Positions 26,575 to 32,000 of a stretch of DNA of 32,000 nucleotides are shown piece by piece. The DNA is from Dickeya solani IPO 2222 (lineage in GTDB: Bacteria; Pseudomonadota; Gammaproteobacteria; Enterobacterales; Enterobacteriaceae), in contig NZ_CP015137.1 of NCBI RefSeq assembly GCF_001644705.1, forward strand, positions 3,600,001-3,632,000, written 5' to 3'. Each line of letters begins with the position of its first letter. The stretch's first letter is position 1. The notes under the pieces are model-generated. The model did no database searches. It saw only the letters and a list, made by a program, of their open reading frames with translations, and was not told where the DNA came from. The translations under genes were made by a program, and so were the position numbers.

Positions 26575-27471
26575 ATGACAGCATTAAAAGCGATTATCCC
26601 CGTTGCCGGTTTAGGGATGAACTTGTTACCGGTTACCAAAGCGATTCCAAAAGAGATGCTGCCGTTGGTTGACCGGCCGGTAATCGAAAAGATTGTCAAC
26701 GAGTGCGTCAATGCGGGTATTAAAGAGATCGTGCTGGTGACGCACGCCTCTAAAAACGCCATTGAAAACCATTTTGATACCTCCTTCGAGCTGGAGTCGA
26801 TGCTGGAAGAGCGCGCCAAACGTCAGTTGCTGGCGGAAGTCCAATCTATTTGCCCGCCGGGCGTGACCATCATGAACGTGCGTCAGGGGCAGACTCTGGG
26901 CCTGGGGCACGCCGTGTCCTGCGCGCACCCGATTGTCGGCAATTCGCCGTTTGTGGTGGTACTGCCGGATGTGGTGATGGACGACGCTTCCGCCGATCAG
27001 TCGAAAGACAATCTGGCGCTGCTGATTTCCCGTTTTGAAGAGACCGGTCACAGCCAGGTGCTGGTAAAACACCGTCCGTACGAGGTGCTGCCGGAATATT
27101 CCATCGTGGAATGCGAGAAAGCGTTGAATCAGGCCGGCGACGCTTCGGCGATCACCTCCATGATCGAGAAACCGGAACTGGCGCCGGTGGAAGGTTCAGA
27201 CCTGTCCGCGGTTGGTCGTTATGTTCTGTCCGCCGAAGCCTGGCCGATTCTGGAAAACACGCTGGCGGGCGCGTGGGGTCGTATCCAACTGACCGACGCC
27301 ATCGCTGAGCTGATCAAAACCCAGCAGGTCGATGCCGTTCAGATGGCGGGGCGCAGCTTCAACTGCGGCCGTAAAATGGGGTACGTGCAGGCATTCGTGT
27401 CCTACGGCCTGCGCCATCCGGAACTGGGCAGTGCTTTTAAAACCAAAATCAAAGCGCTGCTGAACAAATAA
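26575..27471 (+). CDS. galF: GalF-type UTP-glucose-1-phosphate uridylyltransferase homologue (regulatory or low-activity GalU paralogue)
   Basis: The start [30 protein letters not shown] aligns with E. coli Gal[23 protein letters not shown]. The product has [19 protein letters not shown], the GalF form, where GalU has THSSKNS. It is 298 aa, against about 297 aa for GalF. Confidence 0.85.
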   Translation: MTALKAIIPVAGLGMNLLPVTKAIPKEMLPLVDRPVIEKIVNECVNAGIKEIVLVTHASKNAIENHFDTSFELESMLEERAKRQLLAEVQSICPPGVTIMNVRQGQTLGLGHAVSCAHPIVGNSPFVVVLPDVVMDDASADQSKDNLALLISRFEETGHSQVLVKHRPYEVLPEYSIVECEKALNQAGDASAITSMIEKPELAPVEGSDLSAVGRYVLSAEAWPILENTLAGAWGRIQLTDAIAELIKTQQVDAVQMAGRSFNCGRKMGYVQAFVSYGLRHPELGSAFKTKIKALLNK

Positions 27472-27488
27472 TTAACAAACAGACCACA

Positions 27489-27520
27489 CCCGATAATACG
27501 CTGGTGTTATCGGGTTTTTT
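27489..27520 (+). terminator. Rho-independent terminator after galF
   Basis: cccgataa (27489-27496) and ttatcggg (27507-27514) form an 8-bp stem around a 10-nt loop. The run tttttt (27515-27520) follows immediately, 18 nt after the galF stop. Confidence 0.8.
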
Positions 27521-27662
27521 CTGGCTAAATTATAAATAGTTAGTTAAATCATTAATTGCATCACAACTTATTATATTGTTTTTTGTTTTTATTCGGTTTA
27601 TCCGACAACGGTTATTTTTGTCAGCCATTGCTGACTTTTTTACACACACACATAGCATTACA

Positions 27663-28652
27663 ATGAAAAAGATAAATAAGATTCTGATGGTCTGCCCGAC
27701 TGGGTATGGGACGACCAAAAATGGACGCGATCTGGCCGAGGCGTTCATTTCTCTGGGGTATGACGTTCATCTGGCAGACAGTGACTGTCGGCCGCTAATG
27801 CAGGCGCTGACGCCTAAGTTCATGCGCAGTAAACTGTTTTCCGAGCAGTGCCGGCTCTATTTTAATGAGCGTTTGCTGAAGCAATGCGCCACGCTGCGGC
27901 CGGACATGGTTTTCGCAATAAAGCCGCTCAATCTGTTCGCCGAGACAGTCAACGCTATTTCCAATATGGGAATACTGACCTGCGGTTACTGGATTGACGA
28001 TCCGCTGGATTTTGATCGCTCGGTGATTGCGTCAGCGCCGTTTGATATTTTCTTTACCAACGATCGCGGGTCGGTGGCCAATTATGCGCGTCACGGCATC
28101 AAGGCCCGGCATTTGCCTTCGGCCGTCAACCCGACGCTGTTTTATCCGCTGAAGAAGTCCGCGCCGCGTTATTCGCTGAGCTTTGTCGGCACCTTTGTCG
28201 AATACCGACGCAATGTGCTTAATCAGGTTGCCGTGCCGGTGCATACTTTCGGTCCGGGCTGGAAAAAGCATACCTGTTCGAATGACCGGGTTATTCCGAT
28301 GCCGGAAGTGTTCGGCAAAAAAACCAATCAGGTGTTCAACCAGAGCCATATCAACCTCAATGTCCACACCTGGAACGGGGTCGGGACCGCCATGAATCTG
28401 CGGTTGTTTGAAGTACCGGCGGCAGGCGGTTTTCTGTTGACCGACTGGGTGGATGAAATCGGGGAGTATTTTACCCCCGGCGTCAATATCGAAACCTGGC
28501 GTTGTGTTGACGAACTGAATGACAAAATTCGCTTTTATCAGCAAAAGCCGACGGTACGGGAGAAAATTACCACCTTATCGCGCGAGCACGTGCTGAAAAA
28601 CCATCTCTACCAGCAACGTTGTCAACAGATTCTGGCCGATATCGCCTGCTGA
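27663..28652 (+). CDS. CgeB-family / DUF3880-type glycosyltransferase-like protein (Glyco_trans_1_2 C-terminal domain)
   Basis: The start is at ATG 27663 (MKKINKILMVCPTGYG). The C-terminal half, SFVGT...R...SHINLNVH...GTAMNLRLFEVPAAGGFLLTDW...EYFTPGVNIETW..VDELNDKIRFY...P..RE, fits the pattern I associate with CgeB/YkvP-type domains. There are no TM segments. The upstream 140 bp is AT-rich. Confidence 0.6.
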   Translation: MKKINKILMVCPTGYGTTKNGRDLAEAFISLGYDVHLADSDCRPLMQALTPKFMRSKLFSEQCRLYFNERLLKQCATLRPDMVFAIKPLNLFAETVNAISNMGILTCGYWIDDPLDFDRSVIASAPFDIFFTNDRGSVANYARHGIKARHLPSAVNPTLFYPLKKSAPRYSLSFVGTFVEYRRNVLNQVAVPVHTFGPGWKKHTCSNDRVIPMPEVFGKKTNQVFNQSHINLNVHTWNGVGTAMNLRLFEVPAAGGFLLTDWVDEIGEYFTPGVNIETWRCVDELNDKIRFYQQKPTVREKITTLSREHVLKNHLYQQRCQQILADIAC

Positions 28653-28853
28653 AGCCTGTCTGACTACGACCCTGTCTGATGTACGACAGAGCGACGAGTT
28701 ACGCCCATGCCATGCGCCACGGGCGTAGACTCCCGGCCTGTTGCACCAATAACTACCCACCCGGCGTTAGCTGGGTTACCATGTTAGCCTGCTTTTTGTT
28801 GCCTGGGGCGCAATCAGCCGCAGGCAGGTTACCTTCAGACAGGAGTTGCTTTA

Positions 28854-30260
28854 ATGTCCAAACAGCAAATTGGCGTTGTCGGTATGGCGGTAATGGGGCG
28901 CAATCTGGCGCTGAACATTGAAAGCCGTGGCTATACCGTTTCCGTCTTTAACCGTTCCGCAGACAAAACGGATGAGGTGATTGCAGAGAACCCGGGAAAA
29001 AAACTGGTGCCGTGCTACACCGTTGAAGAGTTTGTTGAATCTCTGGAAAAACCGCGCCGTATCCTGTTGATGGTTAAAGCGGGCGAAGCGACGGATAAAA
29101 CTATCGAGTCCCTGAAACCGTATCTGGAAAAGGGCGACATCCTGATCGACGGCGGCAACACGTTCTATAAAGATACTATTCGTCGTAACCGTGAACTGTC
29201 CGCCGAAGGGTTCAACTTCATCGGTACCGGCGTGTCCGGTGGTGAGGAAGGCGCACTGAAAGGCCCATCCATCATGCCGGGCGGTCAGAAAGAAGCCTAT
29301 GAACTGGTCGCGCCGATTCTGGAGCAGATTGCCGCCCGTGCCGAAGGCGAGCCTTGCGTGACCTATATTGGCGCTGACGGTGCCGGTCACTACGTAAAAA
29401 TGGTGCACAACGGTATCGAGTACGGCGACATGCAGCTGATCGCCGAAGCTTACGCGCTGCTGAAGCAGGCGCTTGGGCTCTCCAACGACGAACTGGCGAG
29501 CACCTTCTCCGAGTGGAACAAGGGTGAGCTGAGCAGCTACCTGATCGAAATCACGGCCGATATCTTCACCAAGAAAGACGAAGAGGGTAAATACCTGGTC
29601 GACGTGATTCTGGATGAAGCCGCCAACAAAGGCACCGGCAAGTGGACCAGCCAGAGCTCGCTGGATCTGGGCGAACCGCTGTCCCTGATTACCGAGTCGG
29701 TGTTTGCCCGTTACCTGTCCTCGCTGAAGAATCAGCGTGTAGCGGCCTCTAAAGTGCTGAGCGGCCCGGTTGCTCAGGCGTTCAACGGCGACAAAGCCGG
29801 GTTCGTCGAAAAAGTGCGTCGCGCGCTGTATCTGGGTAAAATCGTCTCCTATGCGCAGGGTTTCTCTCAGCTGAAAGCGGCGTCTGACGAAAACAACTGG
29901 GACCTGAACTACGGCGAAATCGCCAAGATTTTCCGTGCCGGTTGCATCATCCGCGCTCAGTTCCTGCAGAAGATCACCGACGCCTACGCCGAGAACGCTG
30001 ATATTGCCAACCTGCTGCTGGCGCCGTATTTCCGCCAGATCGCCGACGAATACCAGCAGGCGCTGCGTGATGTGGTGTCCTATGCGGTACAGCAGGGTAT
30101 TCCGACCCCGACCTTCTCGGCGGCGATTGCCTATTATGACAGCTACCGTTCCGCGGTATTACCGGCCAACCTGATTCAGGCCCAGCGCGATTATTTCGGC
30201 GCGCATACCTATAAGCGTATTGATAAAGAAGGCGTATTCCATACCGAATGGTTGGAATAA
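28854..30260 (+). CDS. gnd: 6-phosphogluconate dehydrogenase, decarboxylating
   Basis: The 468-aa product has [35 protein letters not shown] and [25 protein letters not shown], which are near-identical to enterobacterial Gnd. AGGAG lies 8 nt upstream of the ATG. Confidence 0.97.
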   Translation: MSKQQIGVVGMAVMGRNLALNIESRGYTVSVFNRSADKTDEVIAENPGKKLVPCYTVEEFVESLEKPRRILLMVKAGEATDKTIESLKPYLEKGDILIDGGNTFYKDTIRRNRELSAEGFNFIGTGVSGGEEGALKGPSIMPGGQKEAYELVAPILEQIAARAEGEPCVTYIGADGAGHYVKMVHNGIEYGDMQLIAEAYALLKQALGLSNDELASTFSEWNKGELSSYLIEITADIFTKKDEEGKYLVDVILDEAANKGTGKWTSQSSLDLGEPLSLITESVFARYLSSLKNQRVAASKVLSGPVAQAFNGDKAGFVEKVRRALYLGKIVSYAQGFSQLKAASDENNWDLNYGEIAKIFRAGCIIRAQFLQKITDAYAENADIANLLLAPYFRQIADEYQQALRDVVSYAVQQGIPTPTFSAAIAYYDSYRSAVLPANLIQAQRDYFGAHTYKRIDKEGVFHTEWLE

Positions 30261-30287
30261 TATTCTGAAATATTTTTCATATTCTGA

Positions 30288-30315
30288 AACCGGATAGAAA
30301 TATCCGGTTTTTCTT
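30288..30315 (+). terminator. Rho-independent terminator after gnd
   Basis: aaccggata (30288-30296) and tatccggtt (30301-30309) form a 9-bp stem around the loop gaaa. The T-rich run tttctttcc follows. Confidence 0.8.
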
Positions 30316-30639
30316 TCCAATATCTCCTCGCTAATAACTAAGACTTTTCTGAGAATATCTCATCTCGTTGTAACTAATGGGAAAAATATAACATTCTTGC
30401 GACTTGTCTTATTTCCTTAATCGTTCAATTTTGTTTTTCTTATTCTTTATCTGAGTATCAGTTCGGATCCTTCCCGTGCGCTGGTGATTATTTCATGAAG
30501 GATGAATTGAAATAATTGCTTCACAGGCGATGGGGAAGATCCAACCTGGCTGATTAATTCAGCCAGTCGTGGGTCAGGGGAGAGCTTTCGGGTTGTTTCC
30601 TGCCTGATGTCCTTAAACAGGAAATAAAAGGAAATGGTA

Positions 30640-30921
30640 ATGATGAAGAAAACGCTAGCGATCCTGGTACTGGCTCTGGCCGTACCTATGGGCGCTCTGG
30701 CGGCTGGACCATCAGCTGTCAACGGTCCGCCCACTTCCCCAAATGGCGGTACCGTGGCTGGTTCATTCGCGTTTAGTGCGGCGAATGGCCTAGGGTCGGG
30801 CCATGGCAATGGCAACGGGTTTGGTCGTGCTGTCGTGGCAGGCGTCGTTTCCGCCTCCACCAGCACCACCTCCAGCACCGTTGGAACCAGCACCTCAACC
30901 GTGACGTCAACTAGTCCTTAA
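30640..30921 (+). CDS. yjbE: YjbE/GfcA-like small secreted Gly/Ser/Thr-rich protein
   Basis: The product has a signal peptide (MMKKTLAILVLALAVPMGALAAGP). It is followed by a low-complexity G/S/T-rich tail (GSGHGNGNGFG, STSTTSSTVGTSTSTVTSTSP). Its size and its position before a YjbF-like lipoprotein gene match yjbE. AAGGA lies 7 nt upstream of ATG 30640, and ATG 30634 or 30643 are possible. Confidence 0.6.
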   Translation: MMKKTLAILVLALAVPMGALAAGPSAVNGPPTSPNGGTVAGSFAFSAANGLGSGHGNGNGFGRAVVAGVVSASTSTTSSTVGTSTSTVTSTSP

Positions 30922-30937
30922 TGATGGGCTAATAGCC

Positions 30938-30961
30938 AAGGCCACTCCGGTGGCCTTTTTT
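30938..30961 (+). terminator. Intra-operon terminator/attenuator hairpin between yjbE and yjbF
   Basis: aaggccac (30938-30945) and gtggcctt (30950-30957) form an 8-bp stem around the loop tccg. The T run continues to 30961. The hairpin lies 17 nt after the yjbE stop and 34 nt before the yjbF ATG. Confidence 0.7.
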
Positions 30962-30994
30962 CTGCTTCAGGATGTTCAGGCGAGAACCCGAACA

Positions 30995-31669
30995 ATGAAA
31001 AAAATCCTTGATTTAGCCTTGTTCCGGATGTTGGTGGTCGTTTTCTTCATGCCAGGACTCACAGGGTGTTCCCAGCAAATCAGTCAACTGGGTCAGGACT
31101 TTCGGCTGGCGTTGTGGGGAAGGGAAGATGTCAGCATGACGCCGCAACAGGTGGAGCAGCTTCCCTATGCTTCAGCGTATCTGAAAGTGGGTAAGGCGCC
31201 GCGCGTCTTTGTGGTGCTGGCGTTTGCCGATAACCAGCAACTGAAATGGGTGACGGCGGATAAAAATAGGGTGGTGACCCGCTTTGGCCGGTTGGTGAAA
31301 ACGCAGGGGCTGGGTGAAGACATTCAACAAGTCACGGAACTGGACACCGACCCGCTCAGTCTCGGTTTGCTGAAACCCGGCACCCCGAAACGCTGGCACA
31401 CCATCGTCAGCTGGTCGCAGGTGTTGCGCGGCGGCTACGACCTGCAATCGGAATTCGAAAATAAAGGCCCGGAAACCCTGACGATATTGAATATGCCCCG
31501 GCGGACGGTACGTTTCGACGAACAGGTGACCGTACCGGCGCTGGGCAAACGCTATACCAATCAATACTGGCTGGACCCGACCTCCGGTCAGGTCGTCCAA
31601 AGTTATCAGTACATGGGGCCAAACATGGTTCTGGTGCAGTTCACTGTTCTTAAGCCATACAATCAATAA
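30995..31669 (+). CDS. yjbF: YjbF/GfcB-family outer-membrane lipoprotein
   Basis: The start is at ATG 30995. The signal peptide MKKILDLALFRMLVVVFFMPGLTGCSQQ carries the lipobox LTGC. Its size (224 aa) and its position between yjbE-like and yjbG-like genes fit yjbF. The start at 30950 in the ORF track would read through the terminator hairpin. Confidence 0.75.
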   Translation: MKKILDLALFRMLVVVFFMPGLTGCSQQISQLGQDFRLALWGREDVSMTPQQVEQLPYASAYLKVGKAPRVFVVLAFADNQQLKWVTADKNRVVTRFGRLVKTQGLGEDIQQVTELDTDPLSLGLLKPGTPKRWHTIVSWSQVLRGGYDLQSEFENKGPETLTILNMPRRTVRFDEQVTVPALGKRYTNQYWLDPTSGQVVQSYQYMGPNMVLVQFTVLKPYNQ

Positions 31670-31678
31670 GGTAATTTT

Positions 31679-32000
31679 ATGTTGTCATTCAATCGATTGG
31701 CTGCCTTGTTATTGCTGGTGGCCGGAACATCAGGGGCGGCGCAGTTAACGGTAAAGTATGCAGGCGAAACCTTGCCTGCCGTGGTGCAGAAAGACGGCAC
31801 CCGTCTGGATCAGTTCTACGGCCAGATGACTTTCCCGGACAAGGCCAACTGGCAAACTGCGTTACTCACCAACGAACGTGTGACGGAAAAGGTCAGAGAA
31901 AAGGGCGAAAAGTTGCAGGCCCGGCTCTATCAATTGCAACTAGCCTGGCAGGTCGAGGGCGATGGCGACTGGGCGATCGCAGCCTGGTATATGGCGCAGG
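31679..32000 (+). CDS. yjbG: YjbG/GfcC-like periplasmic protein, N-terminal part (3' end outside the window)
   Basis: ATG 31679 lies 8 nt after AAGG, and the frame stays open to the window end. It is absent from the ORF track, presumably because no stop occurs in the window. The product begins with the signal peptide MLSFNRLAALLLLVAGTSGAAQLTVKY. Its position after yjbF supports the call. Confidence 0.55.
   Translation, partial: MLSFNRLAALLLLVAGTSGAAQLTVKYAGETLPAVVQKDGTRLDQFYGQMTFPDKANWQTALLTNERVTEKVREKGEKLQARLYQLQLAWQVEGDGDWAIAAWYMAQ

Noticed and set aside
30447-30893. 148-aa minus-strand ORF antisense to yjbE and its upstream region
   Set aside because: It is the mirror of the low-complexity G/S/T-rich yjbE coding sequence, which gives a Pro/Ala/Thr-rich product, and it has no RBS. 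The + strand gene has a clear signal peptide, an SD sequence and operon context.

Overview
This window holds a roughly 25-kb enterobacterial Wza-Wzb-Wzc (group-1 / colanic-acid-like) exopolysaccharide or capsule locus. It sits in the conserved asmA-yegH ... gnd chromosomal slot. All genes are on the + strand except yegH. Gene order: asmA (3' end); yegH (-); a 1.4-kb non-coding control region with a JUMPStart/ops (RfaH) element; wza-wzb-wzc; two tandem paralogous GT4 glycosyltransferases; a third GT4; a GT2; a WcaJ-like initiating phosphotransferase; rmlBACD; a GT2; wzx; a GT2-like gene; manC-manB; a UDP-glucuronate 4-epimerase; ugd; galF; a terminator-isolated CgeB/DUF3880-type glycosyltransferase-like gene; gnd; and the start of a yjbEFGH/gfcABCD-like operon. 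Composition and synteny suggest Enterobacterales, plausibly Pectobacteriaceae (Dickeya/Brenneria-like). That taxon guess is inference only. I saw no rRNA, tRNA, CRISPR array, IS element or phage gene. Points worth a second look: (1) a decayed duplicate of the wza ribosome-binding region and signal peptide lies 551 bp upstream of the real wza, inside the RfaH-dependent leader. (2) Five short tandem-repeat arrays (unit lengths 17-21 bp) sit at module junctions of the operon. (3) There is no recognisable wzy or wzi, although wzx and wza-wzb-wzc are present. (4) Two GT4 genes form a tandem pair with patchy nucleotide identity. (5) AT-rich patches straddle gene boundaries. (6) Two internally deleted ERIC-like elements lie at module junctions. 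(7) A lone CgeB-like gene occupies the galF-gnd interval. All homology calls come from my memory of the protein families and from motifs I could read in the translations. No searches or computations were run, and start codons were chosen by inspecting RBS spacing and comparing with remembered homologue N-termini.
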